Positions 18,614-28,802 of a stretch of 64,000 nt of DNA are shown piece after piece. This DNA is from Alphaproteobacteria bacterium (GTDB lineage: Bacteria; Pseudomonadota; Alphaproteobacteria; MPNO01; UBA830), in NCBI GenBank assembly GCA_965243135.1, contig OZ251539.1, positions 5,664,001 to 5,728,000 of the forward strand, written 5' to 3'. Within the stretch, counting starts at the first letter, position 1. The number at the start of each line of letters is the position of its first letter. The position numbers were made by a program, and so were the translations under genes. The notes under the pieces are model-generated. The model saw nothing but the letters and a program-made list of their open reading frames with translations. It was not told where the DNA came from and did not search any database.

Positions 18614-20152
18614 TCACGGAAACTGTCGGCTGACCGTCGCGCCAGGGGAGGCAGCGCGGAACGGCTTGGGCTGGATCTCTCGAACGGAATCCGGATCGTT
18701 TTTCGCCGCGTTGCCTCCCGCGATCCTGCCCGAGACGAACGCCCAGCCGAGGTGATGTCCGTGGCCTTCGAGCAGCAAGCCTCCCTGTCCCGTCGATCCC
18801 GCTGCGTAGAGGCCGGGAATCGGGACGTCGCCCTTGCCGAGCACCTGCAATCGTTCGTTGACGGCCAGACCGCCGTCGGTGGCGGGAATGCAAGCGCGCA
18901 CGGGACCGAGCGCGGTGAAGGGCGGCGTTTCCATCCGTCGCCGTTCGCCCTCGGCGATCCGGTCGTTGTATGCCGCGGCCGCCGCTTCGAGCTTTCCCGG
19001 CGCCATGCCGGTCTTGCGCGCGAGGTCTCCGAGGGTATCGGCGCGATGGAAGATGTCCGGACGATTCCTTCGGTAGTCGTCGAGGTAGGCGTACGCGATT
19101 CCGGGCGCGGTCGAGACGAAGTTCGGCCAGGCGCGGAACGTTTCCGAGAGCGTTCCGTCCATCACGATGAACGCCTCTCCGCCCGGCTGGTCCGGCATGT
19201 CGGCCCACGGCGCGGAGGTCTCGTCAGCGAACCGTTCGCCGTTGCGGTTCACGAGCAGGGCGCCCCGGCGGCACAACTCCGGCGAAGGCATGAGCGCCGT
19301 CGTCAGGAATCCCATGACGAAGGGCCGAAGCACGCGCGGCGGCGCATGGTCGATCGACCAACGCACGAAGCGCGCGAGCCAAAGCCATGAAGGCAGGCGC
19401 CGGACCAGGGTTTCCCGCGCGGGCGGCACGAAACGGATTTCCGGACCAAGCGCCACGTCTCCGTTCAGCACCTTCGCGCCGAGCGCGACCGCGGGATCGT
19501 GCCAGTCTCCCGCGCTCGTTTCGTTGAACGCCGCGACCCGCGCCGCGCCGGTCGGCATGTAGCGCCGCTTGAGCGCCTCGTTGGCGGAGAAGTCGCCTGC
19601 CGCGAGCACCACCGCCCTGCGCGCGAAAATCCGGCTTCCCGCCGTCTCGACGCCGGCCGCCCGTCCGTTGTCGACGATCAGGCCCTTCATCGGGCAGGCG
19701 ACCCGAATTTCGACTCCGAGCTCGCGCGCGCGGCGCGCCAGGCGATGGATCAGCATGCGGGAGTTCGGCAGCACGTTGTGCATTCGCGGCACCGCATGAG
19801 GCGGCTCCGGCATTGGGCCGTGAAACACGAGGCCGAGATCGAGCAGCCAGCGAAACGTCGCCGGCAGATTGTCGACCAGCAATCTCCGAAGCGCTTCGTT
19901 GTCCCGGCCGCGCAGGCGGTCTCCGTGAAAGAGCGCCATGTCCTCGAAGTGCCGATCGGGATCGTCGGCGATTCCGGCTCGTTCCTGATGCGGCGTAGAG
20001 CTGACGGTTATCGATCCGACCGACCAGCCCGTCGTCCCGCCCAGATCGGCGTTCTTCTCGACGAGCAACGTCGGAGCGCCCGCCTCGGCCGAAGCGATCG
20101 CCGCGGCCAGCCCGGCGCCGCCGCCGCCGACCACGATTACGTCAACCGCCAT
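18614..20152 (-). CDS. FAD-dependent oxidoreductase (fumarate reductase/KstD-like)
   Basis: VIVVGGGGAGLAAA, GGTTGWS, LLVNRNGERF, DGGLAVN, IPGLYAAG. Confidence 0.85.
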   Translation of the reverse strand: MAVDVIVVGGGGAGLAAAIASAEAGAPTLLVEKNADLGGTTGWSVGSITVSSTPHQERAGIADDPDRHFEDMALFHGDRLRGRDNEALRRLLVDNLPATFRWLLDLGLVFHGPMPEPPHAVPRMHNVLPNSRMLIHRLARRARELGVEIRVACPMKGLIVDNGRAAGVETAGSRIFARRAVVLAAGDFSANEALKRRYMPTGAARVAAFNETSAGDWHDPAVALGAKVLNGDVALGPEIRFVPPARETLVRRLPSWLWLARFVRWSIDHAPPRVLRPFVMGFLTTALMPSPELCRRGALLVNRNGERFADETSAPWADMPDQPGGEAFIVMDGTLSETFRAWPNFVSTAPGIAYAYLDDYRRNRPDIFHRADTLGDLARKTGMAPGKLEAAAAAYNDRIAEGERRRMETPPFTALGPVRACIPATDGGLAVNERLQVLGKGDVPIPGLYAAGSTGQGGLLLEGHGHHLGWAFVSGRIAGGNAAKNDPDSVREIQPKPFRAASPGATVSRQFP

Positions 20153-20312
20153 GATCCTCCGCCGCTTCGAAACGCGGCGCGGCCGGCGGCAAGGGGAGAC
20201 GGCCGGACCGCCGCCGGGCCGAGGCGCGCCGGAAGGGCGCAGTTTTCCGGTCGGCGGCCGGGTCGTTTCGCGCGCCAGGCGCGTTCGAGAGCGCGGCGCG
20301 GGTCGCGGCTCT

Positions 20313-21305
20313 TCATCCGGTCAACCGCGGCGGCGTTCTGTTTCGCGCGGGCAGGGGATGGCCGAGGCCGGCGGCGCGGGCGCGTTCGAGCACCTCGATA
20401 GCCAGCGCCAGATCCGAAATTCCCATGCCCATCGCTTTGAACAGAGTCAGGTCCGCAGCCGGCGGGCGGGAGTGATCCGCGGCGACGATCGACGAAATCG
20501 TCCTGACCTCCTTCCAGGCGTCGTCGTCGCCGCCGTATCGGCCGCGAAATTCCGCCGACAACTCGCGGACTCCGCGAAGATTGTCCACCGCGACGAGGTC
20601 GGCGCGGTCGAACACGTCGCCGGCGAACTCCGCCCGCGCCGGCACGATCGCTCCCATGGCGTTGAGATGGCTCCCCTTCTCCAGCATGCCGGCCTCGAGG
20701 AACGCTTCCGTCGAGTTGGTGATCAGGGTCACGATCGGCATCCCGTCGGCGGCGTCCCTGACGCTGCCGACGGGCGTCGTCCGGATTCCCAGCCGGGCCG
20801 AAACCTCTTCGGCGAACGCGGCGCGGGTCGCGGGGTTGCGGCTCGACACGCGCACGGAGCGCAGCGGACGCACCGCGTGCACCGCGGCGATCTGCGGCAG
20901 CGCCTGCTTGCCGGTGCCGACGATCGCCATTTCGTCCGCGTCCGCCGGCGCCAGCCGCGCCGTGCCGACGCCGGTCATCGCCGCCGTGCGCATCTGGCCG
21001 AGCGCCGTCGCTTCGAGCACGGCGAGGCAGGCGCCGTCCTCCAGAGAGAAGAGCGTGACCGTCGTCTGGGACTTGCCTCCCACGTTCACCCATGTTTTGA
21101 AGCCGCAGATCCCTGCGCCCGCGACGGATGCGCCGATCGCGTGCATGGCGTCGTTTCGCGCCACCATCAGGTGAGTCTTGGGAAGGTTTTCAGCTTCGGA
21201 ATTCGCTTCGAGCGCCAACGCGCGCTCCAGCGCCTCGATCGCCTGCGGCAGGGCGATCAATTCCACGACATCCCGTTCGGCGATCCATATCGGCGCGCTG
21301 GTCAT
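20313..21305 (-). CDS. Ornithine cyclodeaminase/mu-crystallin family protein
   Basis: LGQMRTAAMT, GTGKQA, HLNAMGA, LFKAMGMGISDLA; alternative start 21332. Confidence 0.88.
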   Translation of the reverse strand: MTSAPIWIAERDVVELIALPQAIEALERALALEANSEAENLPKTHLMVARNDAMHAIGASVAGAGICGFKTWVNVGGKSQTTVTLFSLEDGACLAVLEATALGQMRTAAMTGVGTARLAPADADEMAIVGTGKQALPQIAAVHAVRPLRSVRVSSRNPATRAAFAEEVSARLGIRTTPVGSVRDAADGMPIVTLITNSTEAFLEAGMLEKGSHLNAMGAIVPARAEFAGDVFDRADLVAVDNLRGVRELSAEFRGRYGGDDDAWKEVRTISSIVAADHSRPPAADLTLFKAMGMGISDLALAIEVLERARAAGLGHPLPARNRTPPRLTG

Positions 21306-21685
21306 TCGTCGTACGTTCCTTTCTTTCGTCATTCTACAGCCCGGTCGGGGCGTCGCCAGCGAACGCGGTCCCTTTCTGGACGCCGCGGCGAGACGCGGAC
21401 AGGGCGCGGGCGGCCCGGGGACGGAGAGCCGCGCGGCAGGTTCGCCGGGGCGGTCCGCGGCGCATTGGCGGCAGCGCGATCATACGGGTATTCTGCCTGC
21501 GCCGCTTCCTCGCGCCCGCCCGCGAGAAGGAGCGGGACGCTCAACCGGTCGACGGAGGAGGCACGATGTCGAATTTGGACAATATCGCGGGCGAGATCGT
21601 CGCGATTCGGGACAGGTGGCACACCAAGAACCATCCGTTCTTCCGGAAGATGCTCGACGGTTCCCTGGAGCTTCGGGCTCTCGGC

Positions 21686-23334
21686 CAGAAATTCCCGCTA
21701 AGGTGGCCGCCCTTTGCGAAAGGCGCGTCGAGATAGCGTCGTTACCGAGGGACCAGCCGCCGCGACGCACCTTCCCCGCTTCGGCTTGGTGCCGACTTAG
21801 CCTTGACCATCCTGTTTCCCCTGAAAAACTTGCTTTAGCACATTCGGTCACGGTGCCAGGTCAGGAGGTGTCGTAGGGAATTCCCTCTGCTTTCCGGTAT
21901 CCAAACGCGATCATTCGGTAGAGTGTTTCCCAGTCCTTCAAGAAGTATTCGAGAAACAATCCCCGCGCCTTTTCCCAGAAGTAAATGGGCCGCTTGGCCT
22001 TCGTTTGCGCCTGTTGGAACAGTTTGCAACATCGCTGTTGAATCTGGTCAATCAGGAACGCCAGCATCATCAGGAACGCAAAGACCGTCGACAGATTCTT
22101 GTTACCGTGACCGAAGTTGTGCTCAAAGCAGTAGCCTTGGTTCTTCAGGGTGTTGAAAGTTTCGTTCTCGATCTTCCAGCGCGCCCGCCCGGTGCGCATC
22201 AACTCCATCAGGTTCCCTTCGTCAATTGGCAGATCCGTGACCCAGGAGAAACGTTGTTTCTTGCCGTTTGGGAGCTTCTCCCAGTATTCGAGAAAGTTCA
22301 CTTTGAGGTCGAAGTGCGTATCGTTCAGAGGCACTCCGTTAAGATACCGGAATTCGTGCCGTATGTTGTCACCGTCCGTGAACTCCCGGCGCTCCACGGA
22401 CGGCGCGTTGTTGACCCACTCGAACAGGAACTTGTGGTCGCCGGGCTTCGCCCCCAGTATGAAACGCATGTCTAACTCCTTGAGAAGATTGGCATGCGGT
22501 CCGTTCGAGGCCAGCCCATCTTCCAACACAACCAGCTTCAGGTGCGGGTGTTCGCGACGCACATCTTTCAGAAGCCGTTTCGCTGCGTTGCGTTCGCAAT
22601 CGTTCTTTTTTGCGCCGTCTTCCTTCAGGATCGGTTCCGGTGCAAACGGAAAAACCTCCTTTTGTTCCGGATGCACCAGAACGGCTCCCAACATCTGGTG
22701 GTAGTAGGTAATCGTACCGTCGCGGTGGTGTTTCTCGCAGCAATTTTTACAGTGCACCTTGTCCGACGAGAAGTATCCCGTTCCATCGATCGAAAGAGCG
22801 TAATGCCCGTTCAGACAAGTGTATTCTTCCAATCCCTTGCCTCGTTGCAAAACCTGGAACATCTTCGTGAAACAACGCCGCAATTGCCGCGGACAGACTT
22901 CGTCAAGCCGTTCGCGCATCGCAGTGTCCGACGGCACGCGCTTGACGCCGTATAAGGTCGCGAGGTTGTGCCGAACCACTTCGTCGGCGTGCGCGGCCTC
23001 GTCGAATTGCAGAAGCGACGCATACTTCATACCGAACACCGCTAGACCCGACATCAGACAGTCCGTCTGGTTCAGCCCCCTGCTCGCGATCGGATCTTCG
23101 ATACGGTCGAAACAAGCTCGCACTTCCTTCAGCAATCCCGGAGCGCTGAGCGTCTTGCGCATGCCTGGCATTCTGGCCATTTTGGTTACAATCCCGCCTC
23201 GCCTTCGGACCACTTTCCAGAGAAAAATGCTCCGCTCGAAGGCAAATAGCCCCGAATCACCTCGAAAAGTCCACGAAAGACTTTTTTCCGGCCCCATATT
23301 TTTCAAGGGTTTCGAGCCTTAGCGGGAATTGCTG
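21686..23334 (-). mobile_element. Intact IS (ISNCY-like DDE), 1649 bp
   Basis: TIRs CAGAAATTCCCGCTAAGG / CAGCAATTCCCGCTAAGG (17/18); 9-bp TSD GCTCTCGGC at 21677-21685 and 23335-23343; lower GC. Confidence 0.92.
21861..23180 (-). CDS. Transposase (ISNCY-like)
   Basis: SIDGTGYFSS, KNDCERNAAKR, EDGL, GRARWKIENETFNTLKNQGY.FEHNFGHG; start uncertain. Confidence 0.9.
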   Translation of the reverse strand: MARMPGMRKTLSAPGLLKEVRACFDRIEDPIASRGLNQTDCLMSGLAVFGMKYASLLQFDEAAHADEVVRHNLATLYGVKRVPSDTAMRERLDEVCPRQLRRCFTKMFQVLQRGKGLEEYTCLNGHYALSIDGTGYFSSDKVHCKNCCEKHHRDGTITYYHQMLGAVLVHPEQKEVFPFAPEPILKEDGAKKNDCERNAAKRLLKDVRREHPHLKLVVLEDGLASNGPHANLLKELDMRFILGAKPGDHKFLFEWVNNAPSVERREFTDGDNIRHEFRYLNGVPLNDTHFDLKVNFLEYWEKLPNGKKQRFSWVTDLPIDEGNLMELMRTGRARWKIENETFNTLKNQGYCFEHNFGHGNKNLSTVFAFLMMLAFLIDQIQQRCCKLFQQAQTKAKRPIYFWEKARGLFLEYFLKDWETLYRMIAFGYRKAEGIPYDTS

Positions 23335-24365
23335 GCTCTCGGCCATTACATGGCCGGACATTACAAGTTCGTGGAACTGGCGTTGCCGTCCTTCGGTTTC
23401 CTGCTCTGGAAGGCGCCCGAGGACGTGAGGCGCTCCGTGGTCGAGAATCTGGCCGAGGAGGAGGGACTGGTCGCGATCCCGCGCCCCGGCCACGAGGCGC
23501 ACGACCACACCCGCATGATCTTCGATTTCTGCAACGCCGCGGGTTTGTCGGACGACGAGGTTCGCAACCTGAAGATCGGTCCGGCGTGGCATGCGCGGCG
23601 GCTGCACTACGCCCAGACCGTGCGCGACGAACAGGTCGGCGTGGTGCTTGCGATGCAGTCCACGCAGGAAGGCCAGCAGCCGGAGCTCAACAAGGAAGTC
23701 ACCATTCCGTCCTTCGTCAAGCATTACGGCTTCGAGAGGGATTCGAAGGAAATCGCGTTTTTCGTCGAGCATGCCGAGGCGGACGAGGAGCACAGCGACC
23801 GCCAGATGGAGCTCTGCGAGAAGTACATCACTTCGAGGGAACTCGCCGAGCGGGCCCTTCAGGTTTGCGAGGAGGCCTGCATGCTGCGATGGGAATCCAT
23901 CAGCGAGATTTACCGGGAGCACGTGCTTAAGGAGGAGCGCATTCTGCCTTCGGCCGCGTGACGGGCGCGCAACGCCGCGCCGCTCGCCGCCGGCCGCGCC
24001 TATTCGGCGACGAGCGGCAGAGTCTCCAGCCCGCCGACGCCGCCTGCCCACGCGAGGCCGACGGCGAACGAGACCGTCGTTGCCGCGCGAGGGAACGCCC
24101 GGTCCGGAAGGTGCAACTCTATTTTTGTAAAACCGGCATGCTGCCGACGACATCGGCGTCCGAGGCGCGTTCCGTGCGGCCCGCAGCTCGTGGTTTTCAC
24201 GACAACGGGAGGCGGCGGCCAGACACAGGGGCGCGTTCGCCCTCGTCGGTTCCTTGCCGGCGACACCGTCGGCGCATGTCAAATTGCGCGCCAAAGCGGC
24301 TGGCGCAACAGGACTGGCGGCGTGAGCGGCGCGCCAGGTTTTTTCTTCGTGACGCGCTGGCACTG

Positions 24366-24770
24366 TCAGGCGCGTCGCCGCCGTTGCCGTTCTTCAAGAT
24401 GCGCGGCTTCGTGGACAGATTCCGCGGGTAGTGCGTTGCGGACTCCCGGCTGTCCGTCTCCGGCTACCGTCCTGATTCCGTTCCAGTGCGTGCGCTCTGC
24501 GTCGTCCGCATCCGCCAGTCCGCGGATGTCTCCCGCCTTGGCCTCGCCCACGTTCCTCGCCGGCCTGCGATTCCACCCTGCGCATCGGTTCACCGACGCT
24601 CCGCCTTCCTTCTCGGTCCATCGGAAATCCCTGCGGAAGCGCGCCGCCGACAGTCTCTTGCCCTCCAGGGGTAGTCTGCGTTCCAGCTCTTCGTCGTCCT
24701 CGACGATCCCGGGCGACCGTGCTCCGCACGTTCGTTCCTCCTCCAGAAACTTCTCCCCGTGCCTGGCCAA
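24366..24770 (-). CDS. Hypothetical protein (C-terminus possibly decayed)
   Basis: Starts 3 nt after the upstream stop; N-terminus SPGIVEDDEELERR...GASVNR...AGDIR reads as protein. Confidence 0.45.
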   Translation of the reverse strand: MARHGEKFLEEERTCGARSPGIVEDDEELERRLPLEGKRLSAARFRRDFRWTEKEGGASVNRCAGWNRRPARNVGEAKAGDIRGLADADDAERTHWNGIRTVAGDGQPGVRNALPAESVHEAAHLEERQRRRRA

Positions 24771-24773
24771 CCC

Positions 24774-25160
24774 TCAGATCTTCTCGGGCGCATCGTCCAG
24801 CCATGACATGACCCGACTGAGTTTTTCTCCTCTGTGCCCCCCGATGTATCCTTCCCTGCTCTCCTCGGTCAGGGTGCGGCTGACGTAGTACCCGACGCTG
24901 CCATCCTCCTCCGTGCCGATCTCGACCCTGCCGTACCCGCTGCGCCAGACGATGCAGATCTCCCACGCCTCGTCGGCGTAGACCTCATCGGGTCGCTTCC
25001 ACTCCTCGCGCAGCCCGAGCAACGCCGCGATCCGATCCCTGTTTTCTGCGATCCGCTGGCTCGTCGCGCCCTTGACTTGGGCTGCCCGCAAGGTGCCGGC
25101 GTCGATCGTGTCCAAGATCTCCCGGGTCGTCTTCGTTTCCCGGCCGCTTCCGCTCGTCAT
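24774..25160 (-). CDS. Hypothetical protein
   Basis: 128 aa with balanced composition; ICIVWRSGYGRVEIGTEEDGSVGYYV beta-rich segment. Confidence 0.55.
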   Translation of the reverse strand: MTSGSGRETKTTREILDTIDAGTLRAAQVKGATSQRIAENRDRIAALLGLREEWKRPDEVYADEAWEICIVWRSGYGRVEIGTEEDGSVGYYVSRTLTEESREGYIGGHRGEKLSRVMSWLDDAPEKI

Positions 25161-25413
25161 CCACCCAGAACCTCTCTACCTCGGCTTTACGCCGATGCCC
25201 GGCGCACAACGCCTTGCCCGTTCCGCGCTGCTTGAGGCTTTTTGCGAAAGCCCCCGATTCGCGGACACTTACTACCGCGCAGCCAACCCGGGTGGGCAAA
25301 ACACAGGGCAGCGGCAAGCTCGACTTGAAAAACGAATATACGCTGCCGGTCAAGGATGCCAAGGCCTTTTCGACGGGACTGGAAGAAGGTTCTCAATCGC
25401 AGACCATCACTTG

Positions 25414-26838
25414 GTAAGCGTTCGCTACCCGGGGGACGAAAAAATTTCGTCCGGGGACCGGACACGGGATCCTTCGCCTCTTTTGCTGCGACCGATGGAC
25501 GAGGGGCTTTGCCGCCGGCAACGGCCCTGCGGCGGCGGAAGAGGCGCGCCAGGAAGCGGAAATGTCGCGCGGAGGCAGGCCGGCAGGCGACGTTCCGGAA
25601 AACGCAGCGCACGCGCCGAGGCGGCGCGCAACGAGCCGCCTGAAGTCGGCCTCTTCGGCGAACGAGCGGGCCGCCCGCGGCGAAGCCGAGGAAGCGACTC
25701 GACGAACGCGGCGACGGCCACGGCGCGCAAGCTTGACAAGTTCGAGAGCGAACGCGCCCGAGGCGCGCAGGAGAGCGGCGCGGAACGAGAAGCCCGGCGA
25801 GGGGCGACAGCCCGGGTCGCCGTCGCGCGGACGCGCTTGCCGGGTTCCCGGCCGCCGTCCGCGGCAAGCCTTGCGCGAGAAAGGGAGAAAAGGCCACTCG
25901 TCGAGTTTCGCGCCGCGGCGTTGTCGCCGGCCCCCGTTCGACGCCGAAACGGGAGGCGCACCGGCACCGCGGGCGGTCGCGAACGACGGCGCCGGCACTT
26001 GCGCCCCGCGCGACCGCGACAGTCGCTCGACTTCGAGGTCTCGCCGGCGGGGAAGGGCGTCAGGCGCCCTTCGTTCCCGCCCCGTCGTCCCTCGGCGTCG
26101 TTCGTTCGGCGACGGTTTCCGGCGCGGCGGTCTGGCGGATCAGCGCCTTGAGCGCCGTCATGCTCTCCTCGTGGCGGCGTTCGTCGGCTTCGCGCTGCTG
26201 CTGCAGGGCTTGCAGCATGGCCTCGTGGCGGCGTTCTTCGGCTGCGCTCCGCTGCTGCATGGCTGCGCTCTGCTGCTGCGTAGCCGCGCGCTGCTGTTCC
26301 ATCGCTTCCTCGTGGCGGCGTTCTTCGGCTTCGCGCTGCTGCTGCATGGCTGCGCTCTGCTGCTGCGTAGCCGCGCTCTGCTGCTGCCCGCGTTCGTCGC
26401 TGGCGCGGACCATCGCGCGGATGCCATACCAGATGCCGACGGCCGCGACGGCGGCCGCGAGCGCGTTGACGGAAGCGATGGCGAGGTTAGCGATCTCGAA
26501 GGCGGTCATGAGCGTTCTTTCCGGAGACGGGAGACAGTATCCGCGGCGCCGATGCGATCGTCAAGGGAGACGTTTGCGCCAGGGCGGGAACGGGGCGGCG
26601 GCGTTCATTGCCCGTCCTCGGGGCGGCAGCAGGGGCGGCGCGCAGGACGGCCCGCAAGCGGCGAAACGCCTGAACTCCAGGCGCGGTTCCGTCGAACGGG
26701 AGCGTCGTCCGGTCGAGCGAGGCGGACCCGTCGAACCTCCAGGGTTCGGCCATGGGCGGAAAGCCTGAGGAAACATGCAACCAGCGTGGGCCCGCCTGGA
26801 GGCGGAACGGGCAGGTCACCCCGCGACCGAACGCTTAC
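25414..26838 (+). mobile_element. Non-autonomous IS66-derived element, copy 1 (1425 bp)
   Basis: GTAAGCGTTCG...CGAACGCTTAC terminal inverted repeats; collinear with 62443-63890; flanks do not form a TSD. Confidence 0.8.
26060..26509 (-). CDS. Membrane-anchored Gln/Glu-rich heptad-repeat protein (passenger), copy 1
   Basis: N-terminal hydrophobic helix followed by QQQSAAM/QQQREAE/ERRHEE repeats; frame intact in both copies. Confidence 0.75.
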   Translation of the reverse strand: MTAFEIANLAIASVNALAAAVAAVGIWYGIRAMVRASDERGQQQSAATQQQSAAMQQQREAEERRHEEAMEQQRAATQQQSAAMQQRSAAEERRHEAMLQALQQQREADERRHEESMTALKALIRQTAAPETVAERTTPRDDGAGTKGA

Positions 26839-26995
26839 GCCCGGACAATCGTTGAAAGCGTTGCAGATCTTGCGGCTTTACGATTTCAGACCTGCATCCG
26901 GTTCGGAAAGCGGCAGAAACCGATGCCTGTTTCCGCCGAGGCGCGAAGCGGCGTTCCCGGGAAGCTGTTTGCCGCATGCGGAACCGGCGGGTTCC

Positions 26996-27862
26996 CTATT
27001 CCGGAAATTCGGGACGGAACGGACGGCCTGCGATGCCGAGCGCCTCTCGCGCCGGCGACGGATCGAGAGTCAGGGACGCGTTCATCCGTTCCAGGCTCGC
27101 CGCGCTGTAATCGGCGCCGGTAAATCTTCGCCATACGAGGAACGACGCCCGGGCGAGGCCCGGCGGCAGATGCAGCAGAACGGGCCGTTTTCCGAGGGAG
27201 ACGAAGATGCGGCGAACCATTTCGCGATAGGTCAGCGTCTCTCCTCCGGGCAGACCGAGAGTCGCGTCGCGGGCGCCGGGAGCGTCGACCGCGGCGATCA
27301 TGGCCTGCGCCACGTCGTCGGCGTGAATCGGCTGACGTTCTCCGCCGCCCGGCCGGACGATCGGAAAGAAGCCGAAGCGCCGCGCGAAGGACGCGATCGC
27401 GCTGACGTTGCGGTCGCGTCCGGGATCGTAGATCAGGGTGGGCCGGAAGATCGTCCAGCGGACGCCGCGGTCCCGGCAGAGTTGACGGACGCGCTCCTCG
27501 GCCTGCCGCAGGTTCCGCGCCGCCTCCCGCTCGGCCGGATCCGGGCTTTCCGCCTTGAAGATTACGCTGGAGGTGCTGAGAGCGATCAACCGGCCGCCGG
27601 CGGCGATGCGCGCGACGTATGCGGGCAGAGCGGAAATCGGAACGAGGGAGAACGCCGTTGCGGAAGCTGGCGCGCTTCCCTCGGCCGGGTTCCACAGGAA
27701 ACCGGGAGGCGCCTCCCACGTCGCTTCGGCGCGGCTGAGGCACCATCCCTCGAAACCGCGCTCGGACAGGCGCGTCACGAGATGACGCCCGACCAGACTG
27801 GTCGCGCCGAAGACGACGGCGAACGGCTTTCGCCCGGTCCGTTCTTCGCGAACCGAGGTCAT
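26996..27862 (-). CDS. NAD-dependent epimerase/dehydratase-like protein
   Basis: VFGATSLVG, WTIFRPTLIY, RQPIHADDVA, GGETLTYREM. Confidence 0.85.
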   Translation of the reverse strand: MTSVREERTGRKPFAVVFGATSLVGRHLVTRLSERGFEGWCLSRAEATWEAPPGFLWNPAEGSAPASATAFSLVPISALPAYVARIAAGGRLIALSTSSVIFKAESPDPAEREAARNLRQAEERVRQLCRDRGVRWTIFRPTLIYDPGRDRNVSAIASFARRFGFFPIVRPGGGERQPIHADDVAQAMIAAVDAPGARDATLGLPGGETLTYREMVRRIFVSLGKRPVLLHLPPGLARASFLVWRRFTGADYSAASLERMNASLTLDPSPAREALGIAGRPFRPEFPE

Positions 27863-28039
27863 GCAGGGCGCGGACGGGAGAAGGCGTCCCGGACGGCGGC
27901 GCGGTTCCGGGATCGCGATTCCGGTCTTGCTGTTGCTTTCATGCGAGTTTCCGGGGCCCTCCGGTCGGCAGCTCGCGTCGACGCCGCGGACGCGAGAACG
28001 CCCCTTCAGGTTTCAGGCGCGACGCGGGCGGCCTTCCGT

Positions 28040-28290
28040 CGCGAGAACAGTATGGGTTGGCCGACGAGTCAAGGCGGCGCGTCCGCAGCGCCTCGCCGAT
28101 GGAACGGCCGTAGAGGACGCCGCGCAGCATCCTGTCCGTGAGCGCGTCCCGGCGGATGCGCCCGAGCGCTTCCTTGACGAACTTCGTCGCCTGGCGGTCG
28201 CAGCGCATGTCTCCGCCGGGGACGACCTCGGTCCCGCGGGCGACGGCGCCCGCGGATCTCGCGCTTCGCCGCGCTTCCGGGGATCATAGC
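28040..28290 (-). pseudogene. Possible fragment of Mu-like phage portal gene (DUF935/gp29)
   Basis: EVVPGGDMRCDRQATKFVKEALGRIRRDALTDRMLRGVLYGRSIGE resembles the DUF935 N-terminal part as recalled; not searched. Confidence 0.4.
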
Positions 28291-28394
28291 AGGAACGCTT
28301 CGCGAAGATCCGGGGTGAGGGATTGGAAAACGGCATCGAATTCTCTATTTTATGTCTTGTGAAGTTCGAATGAACAGAGAAGCGGGGTGGCCTT

Positions 28395-28802
28395 ATGGCG
28401 AATCCGGAGCGAGAAAGTCTGACGGAGCTCCAGATCGCGCGGTTCAAGCTCTGGTACGATCTTCTGAAAACTGTCAGGCATTTGCTCAGTATGGCGAAAT
28501 GGATGGGAATCTGCGTTTTCTCATACCTGTCCGTCGATGCGCTGGCGGGGAAGACCACGATGCTAAACGCCGTGTTCAAGTACGCCACAGGAAACAAACT
28601 CGCCGCGATCTTGCCTTGGTTGGCGGCGATATTCCTGCTTCTCTGGGCTCTGCTGGAGCGTGCGCTGCGGCGACGAAAAACGGCAGCGATGCAAGAGCAC
28701 ATTCGCAGACTCGAAACCTTGTTCGATCCCGCCCGGACTGGAGCCAGCCTGCTTCCGGACGGTCGAACCAACCCGAAGGAGAGATTGGATGTTGACTGCT
28801 GA
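28395..28802 (+). CDS. Hypothetical membrane protein (2 TM)
   Basis: Lower GC; two hydrophobic segments; C-terminal RRLETLFDPARTGASLLPDGRTNPKE. Confidence 0.7.
   Translation: MANPERESLTELQIARFKLWYDLLKTVRHLLSMAKWMGICVFSYLSVDALAGKTTMLNAVFKYATGNKLAAILPWLAAIFLLLWALLERALRRRKTAAMQEHIRRLETLFDPARTGASLLPDGRTNPKERLDVDC

Larger units (their letters stand above)
21566..23961 (+). pseudogene. TenA/PqqC-like (heme-oxygenase-like diiron) protein split by an IS
   Basis: Codons 1-40 (21566-21685, HPFF) rejoin in frame with 23344-23961 (ENLAEEEG..H, FFVEHAEADEEH) once the IS and one TSD copy are removed; 245 aa. Confidence 0.85.

Noticed and set aside
14182-18633. 1483-aa plus-strand ORF and similar long ORFs (6672-9482, 25562-28141, 52078-55371, 56007-58490)
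   Set aside because: Arg/Ala/Pro-rich shadow frames overlapping well-supported genes; typical of high-GC DNA.
26150-26400. CRISPR-like array
   Set aside because: The repeats are in-frame 21-bp coding units with no unique spacers and no cas genes.
25406-26846. Target-site duplication for element copy 1
   Set aside because: Flanks ATCACTTG and GCCCGGAC do not match; only copy 2 has a TSD.
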